A DNA stretch of 64,000 nucleotides, taken from Epithemia pelagica. Lineage: Eukaryota; Protista; Bacillariophyta. Under the pieces are notes generated by a model that saw only the letters and a program-made list of their open reading frames with translations, was not told the origin of the DNA and ran no database searches. Both the position numbers and the translations under genes were made by a program. The DNA lies in the NCBI GenBank assembly GCA_946965045.2, contig OX337228.1, positions 5,456,001 to 5,520,000 of the forward strand. The letters are read 5' to 3'. Shown piece by piece: positions 11,343 through 22,909 of the stretch (the first letter of the stretch is position 1; each line of letters opens with the position of its first letter).

Positions 11343-12260
11343 TTATTTCTTGCCTCCTCCGGATAAGAGTTGCACCATGGCCGACTGAGCTTCTTCCGAC
11401 CCCGACGCCAGTCGTTGTGCCGTCAGTGCTGCGCGGTTGTCAACGATCGAGTGCACTCGGCCACTGGCCTTGTCCTGTACGAGAACGTATACAAATTCGC
11501 CAGACGGCATTTTGTTTGACACTTCTGCAAAGACATATGCATAGCCAAATCGGCCCTCCAAGTTGTATCGGACTCTGGTTCTATTGCTGCCATCTTCTTC
11601 GTTACGATACTTTGTGTGTTCCACAAAGTTACGTCGCCCTTCTCGATGTCCCCCATGATCTCGGCCATACGCTTTGACAGATTCACCATACCGACGTAGA
11701 ATCTCTGGATCCTTGCGAATCAGTTCAAAGGATCGATCAAAAACACGATTAGGGCTCATTTTTCTGCATCCGCCAAAACACAGGGGTCAGTTGCGCAAGT
11801 TTACGTACAAACAGAAAAGGTCAGACTCCTTTAATAATTTGGATGAGAAAATTCACTCTCCGCGATAAACGTACGTTGGAAACAATTCTACGCCAATGTA
11901 GTAAGCACAACAGAGAGCAAATACGCCGATCCCAGCCCACATGGTCAATCGTCCGGCGGCCACCACTTGTTCACCGGGCGTCATAACGATCTCTTTTGTT
12001 GTCTCCTCTTCATCACCTGAAGCGCTCTCACTTTGAGCCTTTGAATTTGCCTTGTTTCCGGGATCACTGCTAAATGAACGGGCAATCAAGGAGGGCATGG
12101 GATATTGGACATGGCGATGCGACAGGGAGCTTCTACACCGCTGTGACAAAGCTTGTGTGTACAGACTTCTTTGCACACGCTCTCCATATAGTCCAGTTGC
12201 TTGCATCAGCTTCCCCCTCATGCTCATTCCAGTGAGGTGGCGACCTGAGTGGTGGATCAT
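11343..12260 (-). CDS. TIM21: Mitochondrial import inner membrane translocase subunit TIM21-like, 2 exons
   Basis: R/S-rich presequence ending RSFSS, one TM segment (LTMWAGIGVFALCCAYYIGVELFP), then SPNRVFDRSF...VKAYG...RVRYNLEG. Intron 11874-11764 (gtacgt...tgcag) joins ORFs 11853..12374 and 11343..11759 in frame. Start taken at MIHH (12260). Confidence 0.85.
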
Positions 12261-12417
12261 CTTGATAGGTGATAACGTTTTGTTTTGGTTGCTGGGTATG
12301 CAGAACGTCTCGATGATCCCTTCGGTATGGATCATGGATCTTCTATATGGCTCGAGCGACAAACACGCGACCAAAATAAGACGTAACTACCCGTAACCTT
12401 TACCTGCGGTCGTCTAC

Positions 12418-15400
12418 CTAGGCGTCGTCATCCTCCTCCAGTACTCTGCGCTTTTTCGCGGGTTGGGAGTCTCCATCACCGATATCCTCGCCGGTTCTTT
12501 TCGAAGGTCCCAGTAACTCTTCATCACTTTCATCGTTCTCACTGCTATCTCCAAACAGGTCCGGTTTGGAAGCGGACGCAGGCTTGTCCTCCTCTTTCGC
12601 TTCTCCATCGCCATCAGCATCGCCTTCGTCATCACTGTCTCCAAATATGTCATTCTCCTTGCGAGTTTCCTTCTGTTCATCGTCACCATTTTTCGAGCCT
12701 TCTGCTTTTCCCTGTGTTTCGTTCCCATTGTCGTTTTCATCGTCTGATTCATCGAACAAATGACTTCCAGGGACTGCCTCCTCCTCATTCCCGACGTTGG
12801 CATTATCATCTTCAATAAAGTCGTCCAGCTGCCCGGTCTTCTTTTTAGCTACTTTCTTTTCAACTTCCCGTGCTTGTTCTTGTTTCCATCCAACTTTGAG
12901 TTCTTCCACAAACTTCATCTTGGCTTCCGCCTTCCTATCGCGTTCTTCCTGTTCCCTGGTTTCTTTTTCCTTTTCTAAAGCTTTTTTGATTTCCTCTTCT
13001 TTCAAGGCGGCTTCCGCTGCAAGTCGACGGATCTCTTTCTCTGTTTCAGCGTCCTCTGCTCGCTTTTTCTCATCTTCAAGATGAGACTCTGCACTGCTAA
13101 TATTGGCTCTACAGTGTTTGAGAAAATCTTGCAACTTGGAAGTCGAGATCTGAACTTTCGCGCCTTCAGTCTTTTCTTTCAGAATGGATTGGACAACCTC
13201 AAAGCTCTCTTTCAACCCATCCAATGCTCCTTCAACTTCTTCGACCGTCCTAGGAATGTTACGTGTGAGCTTTTGCAAGATACAGTTAGCCGCTTGAAGT
13301 CTCGTCATGCAAAGATTGTACTTAAGAACCATATCGCGCTTCGAGTGTTTGCTTATTGCCAGTTCCAAGTAATTCATTGCTTCAAGGTATCGCCCATCGG
13401 CCGGGGCTGCATTCGAATCGTTGGAGAGCTCCGTATGCCTGGCCCAGTCAAAATAGGAAAAGGCAATATACATTAGAACGTCAACTACATCGTCGACTCG
13501 GCTCTTCGAAGTGATCGGTGTCGTTCCATCCTCGGCTCGCTTCATATAGCTCTTGTACATTTGCAGAGCCTCAGGGTGCTTCTTTTGAGCTAGATAGATG
13601 TGGCCAAGATTCACCAAAGTGTCCGCAATCGTGTCTCCACTGACTTCACGCACTCGATTGAACACTTCTTTGGCCTTGAACATTTCTGCCTTTTCAGCCA
13701 AAACAGTACCCAGGCCATTGCCCGCGTAAGCATTCGCTGGATCCTTAGTCAGTATTCTCTTGTAATAGTCTGAAGCATATTGCAGATGCTTCGCATATCG
13801 TTTCTCAGACATGTGAAGCGTCGCAAAATAGATATTCCCCAAACTCAAAGAGGCGTATGCTTCAACATTGGTAACCTTCTTCACCAACAGACTGTCAAAT
13901 ACTTTCTGTGCTGGCTGCCAGTCAGCAAGGGAAAGATGGAGATTTCCAACCAAGTTGAGAACTTCAGGGTTTCCCGGAGCTGTCTGCGCTGCCAGTTTCA
14001 ACCACTTGGATGACTCTGGAAGAGCACCACAATCGACCGCGATGCATGCAAGACACAATAAACTATTGACGTATGCAGGATTGCGTTTCAAAATAGCTTT
14101 GTGAAGTTCAATGGCAGCCAGGGGTCGACCAGCGGCTTCATGGAGTCGAGCAATATTGAATGCAATGGTAAGGGCCTTTGGAACTTTGAGGATCTTATTC
14201 TCTCGCTTGACCCACAAACTAAATTCAACCGCTTGAGTAGGGGTTTTCTCCCCCTCAGTATCATCTTTAGGATCCTGGTCTTTATCCGGAACAGTATACT
14301 GGTCCTTTAGCTCGAGTTGAACACCTTCGTCACTAGCTGAAATATCAACTATTTCCGATTCAAAGTCTTGACCTAAGCGCACATGATCCCCTACCTCGAT
14401 TATCAGGTCTTGAATATTGTCCAATTTGTCTTGTATGATCCATAGTTTCTTTTGGGATGGTGCCTCTTCCTCAACAACGACTGAATCAGGTTCTGCGGCC
14501 GGTTGGACTTGTTTCTGGACTACTTTTATGTTGGTGTCAAGGTAGTCATGGAACATGTGATTGTCCTTTTGTCGGATACGCCCACCTGGAGTTCCCTTGT
14601 TGTCCAAGGTTGCAATCTTGAAGTAACTGCGACCTTCGCCGTTGCTCGTCGAAGTCGTTGCGACCAGGGCTTCTAGCGCGAGAATGTACATCTGAAGCGA
14701 TTCATCGAACTGATTCGTTTTGTGGCAAAGAACTCCGCAGTTTGCATAAATGTCGTATGGAATCTTTTCTGCAAAGTCCGGTGGCGGTACTTGCTGTTTT
14801 CGTCGTGACTTGCCTTTGATCATAGACAAGTGCTTCGCTTTCATGAGTTGAATCGCCTTCTTGTAACGCTCCAAAGCTCTGGAGTAATTGGCTTCATGCT
14901 GTTGCAAAGCCACTGCTTCCAAAACGACCAAATGGGGATTCAAAGGATCAAGTTCGATAGCTTTCTGCAACTGAACGAGACCATCTTGAAGTGTTTTGGG
15001 GTTATGAACGAGCAACAATCCCAAGAGAGCAAGTGCATCTGTCGCTTGAGGTGACATTTTCAACACAAGTCTCAAATGGCTGATCGCTTGCTCGTAATCT
15101 TTCTGGACGATGAATGTTTGAGCTAGACCGAATCGAGCTGGTGTCAAGGATGACTCATCGCCTCCGCTTTCAGAGGAGAGTTTGCAAGCTTGCTTGTAAA
15201 ATCGGTGGGCATTGTCATAGTCTTGTCGTACGTGATAAACCCGTGCCAAGAAGAAGAGAGATTCGGCTCTCATGGATTCTACCATTGTACTGCTGTATGC
15301 TCCCTTTGCTAATGCGATCACGCGGTCATAGTCCTTCTTCCATACTTTGAGAGAGCTTCCTGATTCACTTTTCCAAATGTGTTTGATCTTGTATTTGGTG

Positions 15401-16569
15401 ACCTCGTTGTTGTCGTCTTCGTTGTCCACCTCATCGTCTACTGTCGTTTCGAATTGTGCTCCGATTCGAATTCGCTCCCCTGGTTCCAGCGTCAAGTAAT
15501 GAACAGAGATGATGTCGGATCCTTGTGTCACTGAAACGGTACCATTCGTTTCTTGTGTCCATTTCCAAAAATAGTGATTGGCCAAATGATTTTGCACCAT
15601 GGCATTGGAATGATCCAGCAAGTTTGCCATGGACATGAGCTTGATAGCCTTTTCGGTTTGGCTTGCGAATTCACCCGATGATGTATGGTCTAAACTTGCC
15701 ATGTCAAGGACGGCTGTGCTCACCATGGCTTCTACATTTTCGGGATCCATTTCCAGGGCCCGTTTGAAGGCGGCTTTGGCGCGATCAATCTGTCCCATCT
15801 TGTAACACGCGAGACCAAAGCCCACTCGAGCAGGGGCTCCCGAGTTTTCGGGATACTGTCGAATGGCGGTGGAATACTTTGCCAAAGCGCCTTGGTAATC
15901 GCCTTCGGCAAAGAGGACGGCCGCCATACCCAAAAGGGCGGGCAGGACGGGTCCACATTGTTTTTCGGTAGTCTGAAAGAAGAATCGAGCTTGATCAAAC
16001 TGTCTCTTTTCCAGGTTCAACATTCCCCGTCCAATCCATGTCATGGGGAAGAAGGTATCCATTTTACTTGCTTTTGTGAATTTTTCATCCGCTCGTTGTC
16101 GCAATTCCGTTTTGGGATCGTCCGTTCGTTTGCTGCTTTTGCTGGACAACGAGTTGATGCCTCCACTGCCCGTGGCCAAGTTGGAGGCCGCCAAATGAGC
16201 AATTCCAGTGGCGGCCAGAATGTGGACTTTATCCGATTTTTCTGTAATGGCTGTCAAATCGCAAGCTTCTTCCAATACAGCCAGAGCTTGTCGAGCCTGT
16301 TTTTGTTGCATATAAAATAAGCCCGCATCGGACCACGTCGGAAAGTCCGCCTTTTCATCTCTCAACACTTGTAACAGCTTGGCCACTGGGATGCGACTCA
16401 TTTCATCGGGAAAGATTTCCACAAACAAGGGTTCCTCCTCATTGGTAGCCGAGGAAGACGTGATGGGAATGCGGAGCGACCGATTGTCCTCCTCACCCTT
16501 GTCGTCCTGGTCACCCGTCAAGGGCGTTGGATCGATATCCATGCGATCCACAGCCGTATCCGCAACCAT
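12418..16569 (-). CDS. CTR9: RNA polymerase II-associated PAF1 complex subunit CTR9 homolog
   Basis: 1383 aa of extensive TPR repeats with CTR9-like segments (NAMVQNHLANHYFW, NAYAGNGLGTVLAEK, DTLVNLGHIYLAQKK) and a coiled-coil plus acidic C-terminal tail. Confidence 0.92.
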   Translation of the reverse strand: MVADTAVDRMDIDPTPLTGDQDDKGEEDNRSLRIPITSSSATNEEEPLFVEIFPDEMSRIPVAKLLQVLRDEKADFPTWSDAGLFYMQQKQARQALAVLEEACDLTAITEKSDKVHILAATGIAHLAASNLATGSGGINSLSSKSSKRTDDPKTELRQRADEKFTKASKMDTFFPMTWIGRGMLNLEKRQFDQARFFFQTTEKQCGPVLPALLGMAAVLFAEGDYQGALAKYSTAIRQYPENSGAPARVGFGLACYKMGQIDRAKAAFKRALEMDPENVEAMVSTAVLDMASLDHTSSGEFASQTEKAIKLMSMANLLDHSNAMVQNHLANHYFWKWTQETNGTVSVTQGSDIISVHYLTLEPGERIRIGAQFETTVDDEVDNEDDNNEVTKYKIKHIWKSESGSSLKVWKKDYDRVIALAKGAYSSTMVESMRAESLFFLARVYHVRQDYDNAHRFYKQACKLSSESGGDESSLTPARFGLAQTFIVQKDYEQAISHLRLVLKMSPQATDALALLGLLLVHNPKTLQDGLVQLQKAIELDPLNPHLVVLEAVALQQHEANYSRALERYKKAIQLMKAKHLSMIKGKSRRKQQVPPPDFAEKIPYDIYANCGVLCHKTNQFDESLQMYILALEALVATTSTSNGEGRSYFKIATLDNKGTPGGRIRQKDNHMFHDYLDTNIKVVQKQVQPAAEPDSVVVEEEAPSQKKLWIIQDKLDNIQDLIIEVGDHVRLGQDFESEIVDISASDEGVQLELKDQYTVPDKDQDPKDDTEGEKTPTQAVEFSLWVKRENKILKVPKALTIAFNIARLHEAAGRPLAAIELHKAILKRNPAYVNSLLCLACIAVDCGALPESSKWLKLAAQTAPGNPEVLNLVGNLHLSLADWQPAQKVFDSLLVKKVTNVEAYASLSLGNIYFATLHMSEKRYAKHLQYASDYYKRILTKDPANAYAGNGLGTVLAEKAEMFKAKEVFNRVREVSGDTIADTLVNLGHIYLAQKKHPEALQMYKSYMKRAEDGTTPITSKSRVDDVVDVLMYIAFSYFDWARHTELSNDSNAAPADGRYLEAMNYLELAISKHSKRDMVLKYNLCMTRLQAANCILQKLTRNIPRTVEEVEGALDGLKESFEVVQSILKEKTEGAKVQISTSKLQDFLKHCRANISSAESHLEDEKKRAEDAETEKEIRRLAAEAALKEEEIKKALEKEKETREQEERDRKAEAKMKFVEELKVGWKQEQAREVEKKVAKKKTGQLDDFIEDDNANVGNEEEAVPGSHLFDESDDENDNGNETQGKAEGSKNGDDEQKETRKENDIFGDSDDEGDADGDGEAKEEDKPASASKPDLFGDSSENDESDEELLGPSKRTGEDIGDGDSQPAKKRRVLEEDDDA

Positions 16570-16828
16570 GTTTCATCCAACCCCCCACAAGCAAAGATCA
16601 AGCGGTAGAACAGTCGCAAAGTATAGTCAGTGGAGTCCGTGTGCAATGTCTTGATGATTTTACGACGAGCGGCTCCATCGAAAAAACTGGAGAGAGATGT
16701 GGAGGAAAACCAAACTTTTATGGTTTCACCCCCGAATCTTTTGGACCACATCCTGCCCCTCCCTGATTTCATTCTGGATGAATCGGTCGCGTGTGGGTCT
16801 GTCGGCTTCCGGACGAACTTATGCCCCC

Positions 16829-16873
16829 CGGGGAGTGGACTCGAACCAACGACTGAAAAGGAGGCTCTCCCCG
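16829..16873 (-). promoter_or_regulatory. Consensus Pol III B-box (GGTTCGAGTCC) inside a 7-bp stem; tRNA-like remnant or TFIIIC site
   Basis: Plus-strand ggactcgaacc at 16837-16847 is the reverse complement of GGTTCGAGTCC. It is flanked by complementary cggggag (16829-16835) and ctccccg (16867-16873). Too short for a full tRNA. Confidence 0.4.
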
Positions 16874-17267
16874 CGTTTTAGTCATTTAAGAAATATATAC
16901 AACTATGTATATGTTGATAGGATGAAACTTATTCATTTTAAATGTCCATCAGTCTTGCGGCTTATAAGAAACAACCGGTTCCTGCCAACTGTTCGACACA
17001 GCCGTTATCTTTCTTAGCCCCTCTCAAATTGACGGAAAAAAGTTTTCGGGGATGCAAAGCCACGCAGCGAGGAGTTGTCCGACGAAAACTCAAAACACGA
17101 GACAAAAATACTATCATCCATCTTTGTTGCGATTGGGATCTCTCCTGTCGTGGGTCAAGAGGTTTCCAGCGAATCGACTCCACCACCGAAACACGGAGCG
17201 AGGCAATCGATTCGTGGGACAGTTGTATCATCTTACATCGCCTGCTGGATCACGTTAGGTGTGGATC

Positions 17268-19994
17268 ATGTCTTCGAGCCCTTCCACGAGTGGTGGTGGT
17301 GGTACTTCCACAACAGTGTCCGTATCGCCATCTCGTGACACTCACAACCAAACGAAGGAAGAGGGCGTCGTCGTTGTGTCGTTGAGAGCGAGAACACCAT
17401 CACCCCGGAAACCAAGATCGGAGGCAACGGCCACCAAGCCAGTAGTGTCGCCCCAGAAAAAGCGGTTGGAAGCAAGTGTCGTCACCACCAAACGAGCTTC
17501 GTCTCCCACAAAAACCTCAGCCACCAAACGAACAGCACCTTCCAAAATGAAAAAGCCCGAAGCGACCATGGAATCCATGGAAGTCACACGGGAGCAACAT
17601 TTGAGACAGACTCTGGACGAGACAGCTTCCAAACACTCGAGTAGTCACATGCATGTGCATCCTTCCTCGGCCAAAAGTCCTGGCAGTCGCAAAGGGGTCA
17701 AGGCACGATTTGTCGATCTCCTCAAACCCAAACGAAACCGAGGAATGTCGGCTCCAGTCCAACAGCAACAACAACAACAACAACATGCCTCTCAATTTCC
17801 ACACGCACGCGCACGATCCTATTCGTCTTCCTCTGCTCCCGCCATGACATCGCTGGCCCGACAACCACACTCCCGGAGTCGTAGTTCACGAGCTACCACG
17901 CCAAATCCCAATCGGTCCTTGTCAAAGACATCTCCGAGACGTTCCCATATGAGTCGTAGTTTGTCGCAACAAGAAAGTGATAACATTTCCACCGTGAGCG
18001 ACAACATTACCGTGGAAGGTCTTCGATCAGTCGCGACCAACCAGACCATTAGCAGTGTGGAGACCGTCAAGGCATCCAACAAAACCGATTTGCCCGCCGT
18101 GGAAGAAGACTCGCCCAGTCGAACTGAGATTGGCAAGTCGCCATGGAACGCTTTCAAACGGGCTCTCAAACCATTCAAAACACCATCTTCCCCAGGTATG
18201 GGAGAGGAACCCAGTCCAGGCTTGCTGGGCAGACGGGCCAATCGACGCCGAATACAGTCGTATGACAATCGACCTTCCTCCAAATCTCATGCTTCGTCGA
18301 GTGCGGATTCCGTGATTGGCTTTACCATTTTTGATCAGTCGGTACGAGGTCGCTTTGATGGTTTGGACGTCATGTCGCTGGGGTCCGCCTTGCGGATCAA
18401 TGAATCGAGCAACAGTTTGGAAACCAATCCGAACCAAGACACTACGACTGCCGAATTTCCATGGGCCGATACACGATATACGGTCACGGGGCAATCGACT
18501 CGGTATACTCCTGCGCAACTGGTCCAAGATATGCTTTGGAATTCGGGAGGGAGAGCCAAACCAGAAATAATATTAGAAGGCTATTTACCAGGCCCCGAAG
18601 ATCGGTGGATTGTGCAAATTGAACGCACACCACACAAGAATTACGCCTTTGTCTATGCCCTGGAAGAAACCCCCGATCTGCAAGCAGCTTCGACAGATGA
18701 AAACACAGCTTCGACGGCTCCTGAAGACCATGAAGATAGTCCACTTGTCTCCTCCCACAAACTATGGACATCCTTGTGGGGCTCTGATCCCATTCCCAGT
18801 GGACAGCCCAGTCGAGACCTTTTGTCACAAGTGGGACTGAATGCGACAGAAGAGTCTGGGTCAACCAAGAAGAGTCTGGGAAATGACAATAATTGTAATT
18901 CGGAGGACCCCCTGTTGAGTTTGGCGGCAAACTCATCAATCCCCATTGATATTGATGAAGATACATTTATTGTAAGCACAAGAGATCACTTGACAGCCAT
19001 TCAGGACATTGCCAGTGTACCCATTTCCGAAGGACGGTTTGATACTGCGGTTCGGATTTTTGAAAAGTTGGTCATGGGACTGCCCTCCGAGGCTCCCAAT
19101 GAGCGCAAGTACCTACGAGGTGCTGCGCTTCATAACATGGGTGTTCTTCACATGTGGGAGGGCAATTGGAGTCAAGCCAATGCCGTGTTCCATGAAGCAC
19201 TTAAGGAACGAAGAAAACACATGACCAATCACATGGATCTCGCAGTGACTCGTTGTCGCAAGGCTCAGTGCTTGTTTGCCCTCGAAAAGTTTGATGAGGC
19301 TGTTGCGATCCTCGAGACCTGCCTCGTTCAATCGGACGAGGACGGGGTCGTTCGAGCAAAGGTCTTGAACAACTTGGCTGTGGTCCATTACCATAAGGGA
19401 GAAGTCTCCAAGGCATTGCGCTACCTTGCCGCTGCTTTGGAAATACAACGCGAATGGCTCGATGGAGATGTTCGAAGGGAATCCATTGTGTACGATGCTT
19501 CTGTCTCTCTGTCCAATATGGGAAAGTTGTATCTGTGGCGCGACGACTTTGAGCTCTGTTCGGCCGTTTACGAGGAAGCCTTGTTGCTCCAAACAAGCAT
19601 TTTTCAAAAGGGGCATCCAGCCGTGATGCAGGCATATATCAACTTGGCGTGGTCCAAGGCTTTGAATGGACATTCACGCACGGGCCTCCGATTGCTGGAA
19701 AGTTGTCTTCGTGTACAGACATTGCACTACGGTGCAGAGGCCTCCACGACCGTGGATACATGTGGTTGGATGGCTCATTTGTACGCCCGCGCCCAAAAAT
19801 ATAAGGAAGCTCTTCCGCTCTACCAGCAAATTCGTCAATGGCAGAAACAACACTTGAAAAGCAATTCATCAATCTTCTTTATTCCTGGATCGACTTCTAT
19901 GCATCCAGCTGTGAGACTTGTCAAGGATTGTATCAAGCAAATTGAGCAAGAACAACAACAAGCCTCCAAGTCGACCATGTCCATGTGGCTTTAG
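17268..19994 (+). CDS. TPR-repeat protein (kinesin-light-chain-like C-terminal TPRs, long disordered S/P/R-rich N-terminus)
   Basis: ~900-aa ORF. C-terminal TPR-like helices (AALHNMGVLHMWEGNWSQA, KVLNNLAVVHYHKGEVSKA, VSLSNMGKLYLWRDDFE). Start uncertain: ATG at 17268, but an upstream exon is possible. Confidence 0.8.
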   Translation: MSSSPSTSGGGGTSTTVSVSPSRDTHNQTKEEGVVVVSLRARTPSPRKPRSEATATKPVVSPQKKRLEASVVTTKRASSPTKTSATKRTAPSKMKKPEATMESMEVTREQHLRQTLDETASKHSSSHMHVHPSSAKSPGSRKGVKARFVDLLKPKRNRGMSAPVQQQQQQQQHASQFPHARARSYSSSSAPAMTSLARQPHSRSRSSRATTPNPNRSLSKTSPRRSHMSRSLSQQESDNISTVSDNITVEGLRSVATNQTISSVETVKASNKTDLPAVEEDSPSRTEIGKSPWNAFKRALKPFKTPSSPGMGEEPSPGLLGRRANRRRIQSYDNRPSSKSHASSSADSVIGFTIFDQSVRGRFDGLDVMSLGSALRINESSNSLETNPNQDTTTAEFPWADTRYTVTGQSTRYTPAQLVQDMLWNSGGRAKPEIILEGYLPGPEDRWIVQIERTPHKNYAFVYALEETPDLQAASTDENTASTAPEDHEDSPLVSSHKLWTSLWGSDPIPSGQPSRDLLSQVGLNATEESGSTKKSLGNDNNCNSEDPLLSLAANSSIPIDIDEDTFIVSTRDHLTAIQDIASVPISEGRFDTAVRIFEKLVMGLPSEAPNERKYLRGAALHNMGVLHMWEGNWSQANAVFHEALKERRKHMTNHMDLAVTRCRKAQCLFALEKFDEAVAILETCLVQSDEDGVVRAKVLNNLAVVHYHKGEVSKALRYLAAALEIQREWLDGDVRRESIVYDASVSLSNMGKLYLWRDDFELCSAVYEEALLLQTSIFQKGHPAVMQAYINLAWSKALNGHSRTGLRLLESCLRVQTLHYGAEASTTVDTCGWMAHLYARAQKYKEALPLYQQIRQWQKQHLKSNSSIFFIPGSTSMHPAVRLVKDCIKQIEQEQQQASKSTMSMWL

Positions 19995-20443
19995 CTAGTT
20001 GTCCTAGCCATTCAGGGTCGCCCAATTTGATTGCACCCCTAAATAGTCAATACTAGCTTGTTGTCACCCCTAGTAGTCAAATCTAACAAGATGTTTTGAT
20101 TCTGCGACATTTGAACCATCCATGACCAAGCCTTATACCTTAGTTGGCCACCCTTCTAAAGTTTGTATCTCTTTCATCGGTTGTCATTTGTCATGGCCGA
20201 CATGAAGATATCTTTGGTTTTTCGCGTTGTTGTGCTTATTACAGCTTCATTGATATTGATGTCCGATAGGGTTTCCGCTTTTGTGGTGCTACCAACGTGA
20301 GTCCCTCGCCCCCAATTATTTGAGGTCTCAGATCATTTTTGCTCCGAATCTGCGTCATCCGACTCACATGGGTTGAATCGTTCTGATTGATCTTCATTAG
20401 AAACCAGTCCAAACGAATTGCCTGTAAAAATATACAAAGAGCC

Positions 20444-21531
20444 ATGACATCGGATCCAGTTGGCTTCATTGGTTTGGGGATCATGGGAGAGGGTGAGATA
20501 TCCTACTGTTTGTGGATGGAGAATCCCAACCCATCTCATTTATGTTTTGCTACAACGTTTGTCAGGTATGGCGAGCAGGTTGCTCTCCGAAGGTGTTGCT
20601 GGAAGCACAGGAGCTCCCTTGGTAATTTGGAATCGAACTGGAAGCAAGTGTGCAGCTTTGTGCGATAAATTTCCCGACAAACAAATCCTTGTCAAAGACA
20701 CCGCACGTGAAGTAGTCGAGTCGTGCCGTATCACTTACAGCATGCTTTCCACACCGGAAGTCTCCAAAATAGTCTTCAATGGCGACGATGGAGTTCTTGC
20801 AGGTATTTCGAGCGGTAAATCCATTGTTGATTGTGCAACTCTCGCTGAAGCCGACATGCAAAGTATGAATTCTGCTATAGCCGAAAAAGGAGGGTAAGTA
20901 AACTTGCACTCGTGTGCCTGTGCTCTCTTATCTTGTCTGACATCTCGAACCAACAAGGCATTTCTTGGAGGCCCCTGTTTCTGGGTCGAAGGGTCCTGCG
21001 GCGACAGGTGCACTGATATTTTTATGTGCAGGATCAGAGGACCTCTTCGTCGAAATCAAAGATAATGCTCTTGCGGCAATGGGAAAGGCTAGTCATTTCT
21101 TCAGCAATGAGGTCGGAGCTGGAACCAGAGCGAAACTTGTTGTCAACAGTCTCATGGGAACTATGATGGCTGCATTTGGAGAAGGGCTTGCACTCTCGGA
21201 GTCAGTCGGCCTCGATCCAAACAAAATGATCGAAGTGATTGGACAAGGAGCTATTCAATCACCCATGTACAATCTGAAGGGGCCAAAAATGGTTAAGAAA
21301 GACCACGATCCAAACTTTCCTCTCAAGCATGCCCACAAAGACATGGCATTGGCGTGTGATATGGCAAATTCGGCAGGAGTAGAGTATTCAGTCATGGAGA
21401 CTGCTGAGAAATTGTTCCGAGGTGCCAGGGACGACAATGACCTAAATCTCGGAGACCTCGATTTTAGTGCGGTATTTGAAAGCGTCCACAAGAAGTCGAC
21501 GTCTGAGTATTCTCGAAAACGCATGAGCTAG
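20444..21531 (+). CDS. Glyoxylate/succinic semialdehyde reductase (GLYR; beta-hydroxyacid dehydrogenase family), 3 exons
   Basis: VGFIGLGIMG Rossmann motif, VIWNRT, FLEAPVSGSKGPA, catalytic AKLVVNSLMG, FPLKHAHKD. Introns 20493-20565 and 20894-20957 restore the frame. Confidence 0.9.
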
Positions 21532-21689
21532 TGTGTGTGGATCGTTATTGCCACATTCTGTCCATTCCGATTCTGTGAATGCTAGTCAACTTTGTCCACC
21601 ACTTCGATTGGCAGGTTCTCCTAAGTAGATACATCGACTTTTTGTGTCGATTAGCTTGATATCTTTGGTCTATGGTGATAATACAATTT

Positions 21690-22479
21690 TTATGAGATTG
21701 ACATGTGGTCAGGGTCCAGCGACTTTTTCCGGAGAGTAGGAAGGTGCACACTTTCATTCACAGTCTCGTTGGTTTCATAAACGAGCTCTTTGAGTTTTCT
21801 CCGATTCGGTGCACTCCTCGAAATAACATTACGGATACTATGACCCTTGTTCGTTTTCGCTAGGACCACCTCGGGATAAGCATCTAAAAGAGTCTTAACA
21901 ACCTCCTCCGATGCTCCGAGATTGACAGCAACATGTACTGGTGTCCATCCCCTATGGTCATTACTTCTCACAGCCGTAGGACCATACATCATTAGAACAC
22001 TGACAACTGCTGGATCGGCACCGTTTGAAAGTGCGTAGTGAATGGGAAGACGATCCAGTTTGTCTGAAAGATGAGAGTCGGGGAACTGATCGTCAGCAAA
22101 GATGTGCAAAAAAGATATCAAGGTGGATATGAAACTTACCAGGTTCGAGGCATGCACGCTTACATCTTGCCGTCAAGAGTTCAATAATTTTCGGATTTGC
22201 GTTCTTACGGCATGCACAGTGTAGTGGTGTTCGATTGTATGATGATTCCTGTTTCATAAGGGCGTCTGGATAGGCATCAACTATGGCCGTCACACATGAG
22301 AGTGGGGCATGTCCGACCAATGCTTCATGCAACGGAAGCACGTATGCTGAGGTAGAGCCATCGAAGAATCCATTCCGTTTTGACCAAACCTGGGCTTGAT
22401 GTGGGTGATCTAAGGCAAGTTGGGTTGCCTTTGGCCATTGTTCATTTACGATCGATCGACTAAGACCTGACGGTGACAT
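21690..22479 (-). CDS. Ankyrin-repeat protein, 2 exons
   Basis: Repeats LPLHEAL, RTPLHCAC, RLPIHYAL, GWTPVHVAV. Intron 22139-22064 (gtaagt...ttcag) joins ORFs 22093..22479 and 21690..22157 in frame. Confidence 0.88.
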
Positions 22480-22909
22480 GATGTGGGTGTTCTTCGTGAA
22501 ATTGGGCTTGATGGTTTTTTTGTGGGCTATGTCATCTTTCTGCTTCCCGCTTCTCTTTATTGCCGAAATGCGAACCCCGGGGGCGTTGGCATCAGTTTCC
22601 GCGCGGGGCGTGCGATCGATATTTTAGGTCTTGATCCCATAATGCACAAACAAGGCTACACAATATCCTCCCAAACACAAAAGCTCCTTAGACTACTCTC
22701 GTAGCACTCCTATCCTCTCTAGAGAGGAGTATCGGTAGTCAAAAAGATGGACCCTATTTAAACCTATTGAGAGCAGATGTTCACGGCACCGAAAGTCAAT
22801 CCAAATTTTCACTGGCAGCGAATTCTCGAACCAAAATGCTGTTCCCCTCCCCACAATAAACCCCATTACCAGAAGCGATCGAGCTGACGGTGACTTCAAT
22901 TCATTCAAA

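Noticed and set aside
16800-16900. Functional tRNA gene
   Set aside because: Only ~45 nt between the stem ends, no anticodon arm and no good A-box. Kept only as a B-box observation.
20444-21531. GLYR-type dehydrogenase as part of the cyclitol locus
   Set aside because: Ordinary conserved housekeeping-type enzyme, ~7 kb away with unrelated genes between. No sequence evidence for a link.
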